DNA from: Botryllus schlosseri
Taxonomy: Eukaryota
Direction: 5' to 3'
DNA: 64,000 nucleotides
Assembly: GCA_051294905.1 (NCBI GenBank)
Contig: CM119378.1
Location: 7,192,001 to 7,256,000 of the forward strand
Below, piece by piece: positions 51,867 through 62,774 of the stretch. The notes beneath the pieces are model-generated. The model made no database searches. It had not been told where the DNA came from and saw nothing but the letters and a program-made list of their open reading frames with translations. Both the position numbers and the translations under genes were made by a program. The number at the start of each line of letters is the position of its first letter. Positions within the stretch are counted from its first letter, which is position 1.

Positions 51867-54800
51867 CTATATACTACAATATAAAAATGAGAAATAGCAC
51901 AGACATATTATGGGTTTGTTAATTCGAAGTGTAGGACTGTGAATTTTGAATTCAAACTAAAGTTGGACATCTTTTGGCCAAGAAGATGATTCAGGACCCA
52001 TCTCAGTTCAAGAATTGAAATTGACATACCTCACAAGTGGCAAGTTCTCAGCATCGTAACGCTTTCTAGTCTCTGCAGTTGTGTACGCAACTGAAATGTA
52101 AGCAAAGATACAATATTACTGTGAAGATGACAATGGAAGCAAAACATCTAGCGTAACTATTGGGCTTTGAATTGTTTCAGTGTCGGATCAATTTGAATTG
52201 CATCATATTTCGCCTTGGTAGCAAATCTTTTCAAATTGAATAGGTTGTTCAAATCTGGAGGGCCAGATACTATCTTGGCAGCAATGATGGCCTCAGACAC
52301 TCTCTGGATGACTGAGCTGAGTCAGGAAGATGTAACAAAGGGGTTTCCACACTAATTAACTGCTTATTTTACAAACCAACCGATCCAAGCACCTGAGATT
52401 TATGATTAATGTAAGCTAATTTATTCTGGAAAACAGTCAGTTAAGGGATCATACCACTATTGGCATTTAATATTTGGAGCAGTGGTTCTCAAACATTCTT
52501 CGACACTCCCCCTTGATGATAGTAGAACATTTTGCACGCCCTTACACCAAAAAAATATTTAAAACGCAACCAGAATGTTTGCAAGATTCGTAACGCATAG
52601 TTTCGTGGCATGGAAAGTTATGACTGTTGGGAGACTTCTCAGATATGAAATTCGGACTACACACAGAGAATAATTGTGCTGGAGGTTGATCACATGGAGC
52701 ACAAAAAAATTTTCAGTAAAAAACAATCATGTAGGCCTACAATGTGCTTACGGATATTTTATCGATTTTGGCATCTAATCCATTCTACTACCCCACTCAA
52801 ACGCCCCTGATTATAAGCTAAAAAACCAATGGTGTGGGTTGCAACCGTTCGACAAGAGAATTATTCAATTGATTACTTTCAGGCTGCCATATAAAATACC
52901 CTTTTTAAGAGTTGCATTCTACAAAATGTGTCCTAATTGAACTCTGAGTGGCTACTTCGATGTTCAAAGCCAGTGGTTCCTTCCCAACCTTTTTCAACCC
53001 ATCGCCCCCTATTTCAAGCTCAACACCGATCATCGCCCCCAAATTTTGTGTACTGAAAAATGGGCATACAAACTGTAATCACCGACGGGTTGACTAAAAA
53101 AAAAAAGTCAGCCATTTTGACGCGTCATCGCCCCCCCCCATCGCCTCCTTCACTGTTTTCGCCCCCTAGACTGCCAAATCGCCCACGTTGGGAACCACTG
53201 TTCTAAGCCATTTCGATATAACCCCTACTCAGATTCGAGAGGCATATTATGCATGCCATATGGCATGACTTTATAAGGAAATTTCTTATTTCTCTATAAT
53301 TTTGTGCCCTTCTACGCACTCTACACAGATGCTTGACAGACAGACCCTATAGGCATCAGGTAACAGCCACAATGCCACATGCATTCACCAGTTACACGTA
53401 ATTCAGAGTCATCTTCTGATTGGTGCAAGGTATGTTATCAGTCAAATTCTAGCATCAGTGCATGGATAGTACGACACATTTATGAGATTTAAAATATATA
53501 CATTTAGGATTATTGCCGTCGTTGAAACTTGGAAGTTTCATCACCAATCAAACTCGAGACACATAACTTTTCTCAGGCAGCTTCCCCCCCCCCCCCACCA
53601 GAAAAAAACTGCTTTCTTGCTCCCCAGTTGGAGTTAACCACTGGTTTAGAAATTATAACAATACAAATAATCCAGTATAGATATGGTCACATGAATAGGC
53701 TTACCTTCTGCTGTATCGTCTTCCAAGACACCAATCAGATAGCACGATATTACAAAACCGAAACACTGCAAAAATAATAGGAGTTTATTGATTTATGATC
53801 TTCACAATTTCCTTACAAACACTAAAATGAAATATGGTTCCCATCTACCAGGTGTCAAAACATGGAAACACGGGATAGCTGAGGGAGATTGGGATGTATG
53901 ACTGTGGATTACAGTGTACTATTGCACATAAGGGCTGTTGAAAAACAGTTTTTTCTTTCAAATTTCACTAGCTACATGATGAAATAATTATTTTAGCTAA
54001 AGCAACGCTGCACACCACATTTGGCTCAATTCCAGCCAGTAGAAGCGAGGTTCTTGCAGTAGAAAGTGGCGACCCCATAAAATTGTTAGGCTGTCAGTAG
54101 AGACAATGCACACCAAATTTGGCTCAATTCCAACCAGTAGAGGCTAGTGGTTGGAATTGAGCCGAATTTGGTGTGCTTAATCTCTACTGACACCAAAACG
54201 ATTTTATGGGGAAGACAGAAAATTTGTTATTAAAAAAAAAATTCATAATAAATATAAAAAATTAACTTGACTGAAAGAACCTCGCTTCGACTGGTTGGAA
54301 TTGAGCCAAATTTGGTATGCAGCGTTGACCTAACAATTTTATCACATAGCCAGTGAAATCTGAAGTGTGAATAGTGAGAACAAACAAGGGTTTAGAAACA
54401 AACATACCACGTGGGATGGGGGGAATTTTCTCATACTTACAGCAAGTATTATTTGCAGTCCTGATTGAAATACTTCGATATATCGATAATCTATAACACA
54501 GGTGCTGGTTGCATTTGTGGAATCAAGTAGAAAAGAGCCAGGACTGGAATCGCATGAAAATGAGGTGTTTCGAAACCATGAATAAGAATCCAACAGAGCC
54601 AGATTTACTGCAACTGAGTGCTCTTCCTAGATGTAAACAAAAAGTATAACGTAAAAGCAGTCGTGTGTACCTATAACAGAAATCAAACTTACCAAATTCA
54701 ATATCCCGATGTTCAAATACAAGCAAACCAAAAATATGTTCCAACCAACCCAAAACAGTGTCCATGCAGAATACTAAAATATAAAATATACAGCTTGAAA

Positions 54801-55369
54801 AATGCTGTATTAATCGTCGATCAAAGCAACAGCGAATCTACTAACTATAACGTCTATGAGTTAGATATGTAGTAGCGGTAGTAGATAGAGTGTTTACCAT
54901 ACCATAACTTAAACAGCATGCATTACCTTCTATATATGAATGACATATCAATATTCAATGCACCCATATAGAGAACAACAAAGTATCACAGAATATGCGT
55001 TGGAACATCAAATACTATATACGGGAATATTTTACTTACAACAGCAACATTTCTTCGTTTGTGAAGATAAGCGCCCATCAACGCTAAAATGAGCACTGAA
55101 ATATGAAACAATAGGTCAAAATGATTTAGTAGCAAAGGTTACATTCAATTCAATCAGTAAACATTACCAGTAATTTGGCAGAAATTTGCGATGATTGCGG
55201 TCCACTGAAAACCAAGAAAGTCAAAAACTTGTCGCGCACATACGGTAAACTGTAATAAAAGGTTGAACACAATAAATTTACACATTAGGAAATGAGAAAT
55301 GTCGATACCAACCAGTTGTAGTATGCAAACAGCCACAAAAATACATCTTGAGCTGAAGGAACACCCCAT
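51867..55369 (-). CDS. NKAIN: Na+/K+-transporting ATPase interacting protein (NKAIN family), 8 exons, about 196 aa
   Basis: Exons (minus): 55369-55313, 55249-55168, 55095-55040, 54773-54693, 54626-54441, 53765-53705, 52090-52030, 51873-51867. MGCSFSSRCIFVAVCILQL, RQVFDFLGFQWTAIIANF, YSAWTLFWVGWNIFLVCLYL, CVIDYRYIEVFQSGLQIILA and FGFVISCY match NKAIN family motifs. The last two exons are less certain. Confidence 0.9.
52971..53200. mobile_element. hAT-type MITE in an NKAIN intron
   Basis: TIR CAGTGGTTCC / GGAACCACTG. TSD TTCAAAGC / TTCTAAGC (7/8). Internal ATCGCCCC repeats. Confidence 0.8.
54003..54327. mobile_element. Foldback (long inverted repeat) element in NKAIN intron 5
   Basis: Outer arms caacgctgcacaccacatttggctcaattccagccag / ctggttggaattgagccaaatttggtatgcagcgttg. 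An inner inverted copy of the same unit surrounds position about 54145. Confidence 0.8.
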
Positions 55370-56274
55370 TCCTTCAGAGAAAGTATACCGGTATGAGACA
55401 GAAAATCTTCATCAGCACCCCAGGATAAGAAATAAATGGGTGCAATGCAAACTGTGCACAGCAACTGAGGATAGTCGACAGTCTCACAGCAGTGTCTTGA
55501 TAAATAAAGTCTACAGAAGCATGGATCGTAAGTTATAACGAGTATGAGAAACACAGCTAAGTACCGTATATCAGTTCTTAAAGCAACAAATAACGTCAAA
55601 GAAAGCACTATAGGTACCACGGTCAGGTCGGTATTCGTACCGTATGTTGGAGTCAGGAAAATTGGCACATTTCATAATTAATAAGATACGGTATGTGTAT
55701 TAAGTTAAGTGTAATCAATTAACAGTATGCAGATGTACCCACTGGCCACTTTTAATAACACTTTTAATAACTTTTATTAACTAGTTTATTGCGTTTCCAA
55801 GGTATACAGATCCCACACTTGAAAATTATAGCGAAAGAAAGCGCAAGTATGTACCTTTGGGGTCTCGCCAAAACATCACCGGCGTAAGTAAGTACGGTGC
55901 CCGCTAAACAACAATTTCAGAAACCCAGTGGCCCAGCCAGAGACAGCAGGTGGATATGAATTGGTCATAACAGCAATATCACCAACTCGCCATATATCAC
56001 GATGGCGATTTCAGGATGGAGTAAGGTTGATTTAATGTCTGAGTTTGGTCATAGGTTAAGTTGGTTTATTTCAGGTTGTGGTCAGGGCCTCACTCAGGGA
56101 TGAGGCCGGGTTTGAGGTAAAATTCTGGTCAAGGATCAACCCTACACTAATTCAAGACATGAGGATGATTTAGTCTCATTTTAATCAATGATTTCAGTCT
56201 TGTTGATGAAGTGGAGTCTCAAAATTGAGACTGATTCAGCTTTTTAAGACTATATAAAATTGTCACAATCATTC

Positions 56275-56605
56275 GGTCTTAAAAATCAGACCAATAAAAC
56301 GCATCTTATAAGACGTATTGTGCTTATTGACACAGTTTTTGATTTGTCCATTTTTTAGTCTTGTTTTCAAGACGAATTTTGCTAATCAAGAAACAACATG
56401 GTTTGTGGTCTTAAAAAGTGAGACCGGAAAGTTGAATTGACCATGAGCATAAGACATAGCTAGCTTATTGATACAGTTTTTGATGTGTCAGTATTCATGG
56501 TCTGGTGTTAAGAAGTATTTCGCTAATCGATAAACAACAGGGCTTGTGGTCTTCTAAATGAGACCGGAAAGTTGACATGGGCCAAGAGCATAAGACATAA
56601 CTATA
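56275..56605. repeat. Degenerate tandem repeat, period about 132-141 bp, about 2.5 copies
   Basis: ggtctt..aaa..gagacc anchors at 56275, 56407 and 56548, with shared ataagac, gcttattga.acagtttttgat and gctaatc blocks. Confidence 0.7.
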
Positions 56606-57210
56606 CCTATCAAACAACCTACTCCTGAACAAACCTGCAATGGCCCAGTCCAATCTGGACTACACTACCCTTGAAAAAACACATTTTTTAAAATCTAAAC
56701 CACCTAAAACTATAACTTAGCTATACTAAAAGACAGAGCCAACCCATGAATCCCCTTCTAACAGAACCCTAGCACATTAGAAAATCCCAACGCAGCCCGC
56801 CCGAGCCACACTCCAACTCAACACTCGTATATTATGATATCCCCGGTGTAAACAGATGACTTCGACGCAGTACAAACATACATACAGATAGACGGTGACA
56901 CCGGTTACAATTTACTACGACGGTCGACGACTGCTGACATTATAAATTTATAACTACCCCTCAAGCCTCAACAGCTGTTGTGTCAAAGGTTACAGCGACG
57001 TCATTAAAATGAGTTAGTTCTATGATTGTTCGAATATAGAGACTGTAGTCTCAGTCTCTATAGTTCGAATTCGTACAAAAATAGAGTGAGTAAAGCATAG
57101 CGATTAACACAAAACTACGTATTGCCGTACACAATAACTGTTATACTATGTCTCTGGTCTAGAAAAGCTAACCCAGCGTAGTGTGTAGTCAATCATGAAG
57201 AATTGGTCTC

Positions 57211-57224
57211 GTCACTATGGAAAC
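57211..57224 (+). promoter_or_regulatory. RFX X-box-like motif overlapping the THEG start codon
   Basis: GTCACTATGGAAAC fits the X-box consensus GTHNYYATRRNAAC associated with ciliary genes. Confidence 0.45.
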
Positions 57225-60200
57225 ATGGAAAGGCTGCAGTGAAGCGCCAAAGTAAAGGTTGTTTTCTAATCACTTTAGGTGAGATCTGTCTCGTCAATTG
57301 GTAAGACTTGGGGAGGTTGAATTCCTGAAAACATTACATCTTACATCCGTTTAATTGCACGGCATTAGTTCAGGGTTGTTCGCTTGGAGGACAGAAGTGT
57401 AATTCCGGGTAGGCGACATGACTGCTATATCGGACTGGCGATATCAAACTGGTAATTATGTAGCTCACTTTTATTCCTGCAGTTCAAATGACAAATTTTT
57501 AATCAAATCAGTACCCAGAGTAGAAGCAGTGATTGTTTTCAGCAGTAACTTGTGACAAACAGAGCGGTTCCTTTCATAAAATAATTGATTCAACGGAAAG
57601 TTGCTCGTGACGCTGCCACCAATTCCACTCTGGATCAGTACTGCCAACTGCACCATCAGTATCCAAGTGTTTGTAGGCTCTCGATTTACTGTTAGTTGAA
57701 TGTCGTTGCATCCTTCATTGATTTTGTGTTTAATGCGATGAATTTTGCTTGCCCGTATTTTCAATAACTGCAATGTTCCAAACTGTATCCCATAGATACC
57801 GGGACAATATTTGTTTTCATCTAAACTACTGTATACACACACTGCATGGTCATCTTGGATCAGGGGTGCTTCGAAGTGCGTCCCGCCGCTGGCGTCTTTG
57901 CATCACTATTCCATTAAAACACCAGTACAAATTTTAGGGATACAATGCTTTTCTACCTAAACCCATCATTTAGCTGACGATTGTTAACCTTATCGACAAC
58001 ATAATTGAATTGGTGCCTGGTTAATGCACTCCTTGTTGAAGATAAGATGAGCCATTTTGCTGGATTTTTAATTCGGCTGAGCAACAATTACGATATGCGC
58101 TCTAGGTGATATTGAGATATAACTTGACATACTTCATTTGCTCATTGTGTGTCTTAGTATAGTGCGTAATAGTATAGTAGTATAATATAATGCGATGCTG
58201 TATATTAACATTCAATGGAATTACGAGTGAATTGGTGTGTACCGGTACTCGGCATTGCGTCGATTCCAAATAGGATCAATGCAATTTTATGGTCATTTTT
58301 AATTCCATGTGCGACGAGTCACAGCTATGTACCCTGGATCATCAGCGTAACCAATAACCATGTGGTTGACAAATAGTGCTCTTGCTCCCACTTAAAAAAA
58401 TCACGTCGGTATTGTTGGTTATATAACCATGTAGCCGTAAAATGTGTAACCGGCATCCGTCCCACCATACTTATGCATTACGGCAGGGGTGGGCAAACTT
58501 TTAAACTCGCGGGCCGCATTCAAAATTTGAATGCATTTGCGGGCCGCACTATATAAAATTGGGTTACTAATCCCAAATTCTATATTATTATTTGGTTATA
58601 TACTGACAGAACATGGAAATAATATGTAAGTATTTGTATATTTAAAACAAACCAAACATTGATTTGATGATAGCATACACGAGAATTATAAGCTGGAAAA
58701 AAGTTGGGTGTCCCAATTCTTCGAGCTAGATGTAAATTTGAGTCTGTGAGCAGCGATCTGCTCATAGATTTGCTGATTGTACTTTTGGTTCAACTCCAGA
58801 ACACAGATACTTCTACACAGACAATGAACGAATCTATCTAACACACCTGCGAACCGGGCTTTCCAAGTACAGCACAAACAATAATAAACTTGCTCATGTA
58901 GCGAATCTAAAATCACACTAGTGGTCCGAATTAAGTCATTCAAGTTTCAGTTTCTGTGATGTTTAGCAATAGTAACCTTCCAAAATACATGGGCCCGAGG
59001 TCAGGCTATATTGCGCCATCAATAAAATAAAAAATACGACAGAAAGAATATGACTTATCATTATCATGTTTCAATATATTGAGAAAAAGTTGAACAAAGT
59101 ATACCCACAGTAATTTGATTTTAGTACGCATTTTTATCAATATTTGTACGTTTCGTGAGGCTTACGCGGGCCGCACAAAAAGGTGTTGCGGGCCGTAGTT
59201 TGCCCACCCCTGCTTTAGAGTGAAACCAAATGTTCTTCGGTCAATATTGGGTAATAAATTGTGATTCAAATATTGCTCGGTAAAAAGCTCAAAGCGTAAT
59301 GTACATTACTCAGAACATCTTGAGTAATGATGTGGCGCGTCAAAAGTGTACAACATGTATAATGCTCGAGTAAAAAATTGGACACTCTTAGACACTATGT
59401 TCAGCATAACCGTGTTGACAAACAATCATACCAGCTCTTTTCTTATAGCCAGCTATTCCGAGCATCGTCTTCGTGAACTGGCGAAGCCGAAAAGTCTACA
59501 TCCAGCGTTTCTGAGCGATAGGCGATCAGTGTATTGGGTGGACAGATTACCTCCGACTGGACCAACTAAATTTGGTATGATAGTTTTAAAGCCCAGGTAT
59601 AGGGTAGTATATGATGGTAAGGAACTTGTCTTCGTTTCATTTACTCCTCTTACTAGTTATCATATTTCTCAATAGAATAGGCTTTACTTGTGTCTCTACC
59701 ATTCTGACTTCAAGTACAGAGATAACCTACAGAGAGTTATCTTCAATTTTGTATTGGCTTCTAAATACTTGTAGCAATATCGTACCATACCGGTATGGGT
59801 ATCTTATAAAATATTATCAATTACAATTCTTTATTGTCTTTTTCAGCCTTAACAGCAAGACAGGAAGAACTCGTCAAATGCAAGCAATATCATCCGGCCT
59901 TTATACCAGATAAGCCCACACCGAAATGGGAAGTGTCTCCTAAGGCACTCCACGCTTATCCCACCAAGAGGTTACGTGAACTGGCCAAACCTAAACCATT
60001 TCATCATAGTTGGATTCCTATGAAATCAGCCTACACAGTAACTCCGAAGTCCGCACTAGAAGCCACAGCTTCTGCAAGGTAGCATCAACGCTGCTCATAA
60101 TTGTAGAGTTGAACGAATCACATGTTGTTAAACATTACTGATTGTCAACAGGTTAGACCAGCTCGCACAACCAAAAACGTACGCTCCCTTGCTAATAAAA

Positions 60201-60859
60201 TCAGACAGTGAATGGGATTGGGGTGAATGGATCTCTCTTATCCCAAAAGCTGCTAAGGATCATGTTGCATCAGCGAGGCTCGAGCAGTTAGCTGAGCCAA
60301 GATCCTGCTCTGAGGGTTACCTGGATAATCGATCAGTGGCTTGGAATGTACCCAAGACTGCAATGCAAACACAAGTAAGTCTTTTCATCGTATTTTGTGT
60401 TTGCAATGACAAATGCTAAAAATTGTGCGAGAAGCAACGGTTGGGTAGCCTATCCAACCAGAAAATATAGAATGTATAGAAACATGTTTCTACTTCATCT
60501 TGAAAATCTATTATATAATTTGTGTTCAACTACCTACAGTTAGGTTTATATTCATATGTACCAAAGATGTAAGAATGCCATATTAATATGCAAGCATTAG
60601 TGAAATCGTAGTAACCTAGCAACATCTGAATCACTGAGATACAGCTCCTGTTTACCTACCTAGCAACCACTCGTTCATATTTTGCTAGGCTACAACTAGA
60701 CTGCAACAACTTGCCCGTCCGAAAACAAGGCAAGCATTGGATCAAGATTACGACCCCTACAAAGTGTCATACGCCGCAAAAATGGCCACTCCGTCGCCAA
60801 GGGTGGAAGATCTCGCCGTACCTATTCCTAGAAAAGTCAGAGCCAAGAAAGCTGCCTAA
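57217..60859 (+). CDS. THEG: THEG (testicular haploid expressed gene) repeat protein, axonemal/sperm microtubule-associated family, 6 exons, 273 aa
   Basis: Exons 57217-57251, 57374-57408, 59449-59574, 59847-60078, 60152-60374, 60689-60859 are phase-consistent (822 nt). Repeated motifs RLRELAKPK, RLDQLAQPK, RLEQLAEPR, RLQQLARPK and RVEDLAVP are typical THEG repeats. The two 35-nt 5' exons rest on splice sites and phase only. Confidence 0.85.
58484..59212 (+). mobile_element. Internally deleted hAT (Charlie/Buster-like) element retaining a decayed transposase C-terminus, in THEG intron 2
   Basis: Same TIR as 1969-2841. The plus frame at about 58780-58921 reads FGSTPEHRYFYTDNERIYLTHLRTGLSKYSTNNNKLAHVANLKSH*, resembling the FGST...TD..L...LR...SH* end of Charlie/Buster transposases. 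Confidence 0.8.
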
Positions 60860-60905
60860 ATTTCGTGCTGCAAACCCATATGATATACAATAGTTTTCCA
60901 TATTA

Positions 60906-60911
60906 TTTATT
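60906..60911 (-). terminator. Likely poly(A) signal of POLR3D
   Basis: First minus-strand AATAAA I could find downstream of the POLR3D stop at 61351. Confidence 0.5.
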
Positions 60912-60940
60912 ACAAAAGCAAATAAGCCACCAACAACTTA

Positions 60941-61164
60941 TACCAGACACAGTGTCAAATATTGATTATCATTTGTCCAGCCATATTGAGATTACTTGCC
61001 GATTTGTTGACATTACTCGTAGCATTGTGTTCAAGTTCACTATAAATCCTGATACCAGACACAGTGTCAAATATTCATTATGATTTGTCCAGCCATATTG
61101 AGATTACTTTCCAATTTGTTGACAGTACTCGTAGCATTGTGTTCAAGTTCACTATAAATCCTGA
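60941..61164. repeat. Tandem duplication, 2 x 112 bp
   Basis: Units 60941-61052 and 61053-61164 both run taccagacacagtgtcaaatatt...actataaatcctga, with few substitutions. Confidence 0.95.
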
Positions 61165-61230
61165 GATTTTACCTATTTGCTTGAAGTGCCACAACGGTAC
61201 AGCCTTTGACGATGAACGCATGAATGCTGC

Positions 61231-61236
61231 AATAAA
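61231..61236 (+). terminator. Likely poly(A) signal of THEG
   Basis: First plus-strand AATAAA I could find downstream of the THEG stop at 60859. Confidence 0.5.
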
Positions 61237-61350
61237 TCTATTTCCTACAATTTGTGTGCTTACTTCAGGCGCTCATGCACAACGCCGCCAACTGTTTGTA
61301 ACACCCAATATTGGTTCATTTGAGATGCGCCGCAAGGGATTCAAATCTCT

Positions 61351-62361
61351 TCAAGTTACTTTACATTGCCTTATTAGGCTTTCCATGTCAGGAGAGCAGA
61401 TAATCTTGTGTGATAAATTTCCTAACACCGAAATTGTACCTTGATTAACGTCAGGGTCATTAGTTGAGATATCGATAGACGCGAGTTCTTCCAAAAATGA
61501 TGACGGAGTGCCTGCATGCAGATCAAGAACTATTCCGCCCATTACTAGTCTCGTACGCCCGGATTTCATGATTTGCAACTTTCCAACGTATCCCTCGGAC
61601 AGCTGCTCGAAGCTGCATCTTGCGTCGTCCTCACCGGCGCTCGGTTCTTGCTTAATATTCGTCTCGGACTTAACGTTGGCCTCTTTTTTGAGTTCGGCTT
61701 CTGTAGTTGGCGGGATTGCGGGGAGTGAATCAGGTAACTGAAAAACGATGATTTTTTGACATTCTTCCTGCTTCGATATGCATTCCTCGAGTATATCAGA
61801 GCAGTTCATGTTTGATTTTTTATCACTCAGAGTCGATTTCGAAGATGCCATGGCCGGCGGCCAGGTCGAAAGTCCCATAGGCAAGCAAGTCGGCACAAGG
61901 GATTCATCGCTTTCCAAGTCCTCTAAAAATCTCGAGGTTCCTTCCAGGTTTTTCAACGCCTCTGCGGTTTTCTCTTTCTCAAAATCTTCATTCACAATTT
62001 CATGCCGCAAGGTAGGCTTTTGAATAGCTTCTTTCGTGCCACCGCCTCCACCAGACGTAAAGCCTCTATCACCACTGCGTTTACCGATGGCTTCAGCGGA
62101 CGGACCGGCCTCAAAAATTGAATGCGACTGAATAACTTCAGGCCTTCCGCGACCCCTACCACGTACTCTGCCTCTCGATGAACGTCCTCTCTTGGCCACT
62201 TCCTTTCTAGCTGGTTGAGCTTCGCCGGTAGCTTGTTCTTTCTTGTTTCTCTCTTTACGTACAGGAATCTTTGGTGCGAAAGTCTTTTTCTTAACGCCGC
62301 CAAGAGTTAAATCACGTGGACCACGTAAGGAAGGCAAGCGACCTGGTTTGTTATCTGACAT
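61351..62361 (-). CDS. POLR3D: RNA polymerase III subunit RPC4, single exon, 336 aa
   Basis: Uninterrupted ORF. N-terminal RLPSLRGPRDLTLGGVKKKTFAPKIP and C-terminal EGYVGKLQIMKSGRTRLVMGGIVLDLHAGTPSSFLEEL...LGNLSHKIICSPDMESL match RPC4. ATG at 62361 (MSDNK) was chosen over the ORF-track start at 62439, which reads through a short tandem duplication. Confidence 0.95.
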   Translation of the reverse strand: MSDNKPGRLPSLRGPRDLTLGGVKKKTFAPKIPVRKERNKKEQATGEAQPARKEVAKRGRSSRGRVRGRGRGRPEVIQSHSIFEAGPSAEAIGKRSGDRGFTSGGGGGTKEAIQKPTLRHEIVNEDFEKEKTAEALKNLEGTSRFLEDLESDESLVPTCLPMGLSTWPPAMASSKSTLSDKKSNMNCSDILEECISKQEECQKIIVFQLPDSLPAIPPTTEAELKKEANVKSETNIKQEPSAGEDDARCSFEQLSEGYVGKLQIMKSGRTRLVMGGIVLDLHAGTPSSFLEELASIDISTNDPDVNQGTISVLGNLSHKIICSPDMESLIRQCKVT

Positions 62362-62453
62362 AATCCTGCTCACTACTAAGTTAATGCTATGAGATCTTTG
62401 TTTAATGCTATGAGATCTTTGATACACAAACGGAATCAATTGTCTGTAATGAA

Positions 62454-62459
62454 TTTATT
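62454..62459 (-). terminator. Poly(A) signal of the EGF-TM gene
   Basis: AATAAA on the minus strand between the EGF-TM stop (62775) and the POLR3D ATG (62361). Confidence 0.55.
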
Positions 62460-62774
62460 GATGAGAGGAATTAGACTTCGCCAGAGAAAGCACATAATTT
62501 CATATCAAGCACCAACAGACACAACAGTAAAAGTATGGTACCATATCAGCAAATCGGTTGACAATAATAGGCAAAAAGTCGTTTCATCAGTAAAACATTC
62601 GGCCACGTGCGCCGAATTGAGCAATAAAAGAATTTAAAAATGATCAGTGCAGAAATATCATGAAACTTCAGCAGAAGATAGCTAATTTTCCTATCGATGA
62701 TGAAACAATTATTAAAGAATTATGATTACAGTATGTGAGGAATTCAAGGAGTCCTTGATATTCCCAAGTCCCTT

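Noticed and set aside
55285-55668. 127-aa hydrophobic ORF (MPIFLTPTYG...)
   Set aside because: Overlaps NKAIN exon 1 and its upstream region in a different frame and matches no family I recognise. The NKAIN frame explains the locus.
57471-57842. 123-aa antisense ORF in THEG intron 2
   Set aside because: No recognisable domain and no convincing flanking splice sites. The length is attainable by chance.
62362-62439. N-terminal extension of POLR3D in the ORF track (MIPFVYQRSHSIKQRSHSIN...)
   Set aside because: It translates a 21-bp tandem duplication, starts at a non-ATG codon and lies upstream of an acceptor-like site. RPC4 similarity begins at MSDNK.
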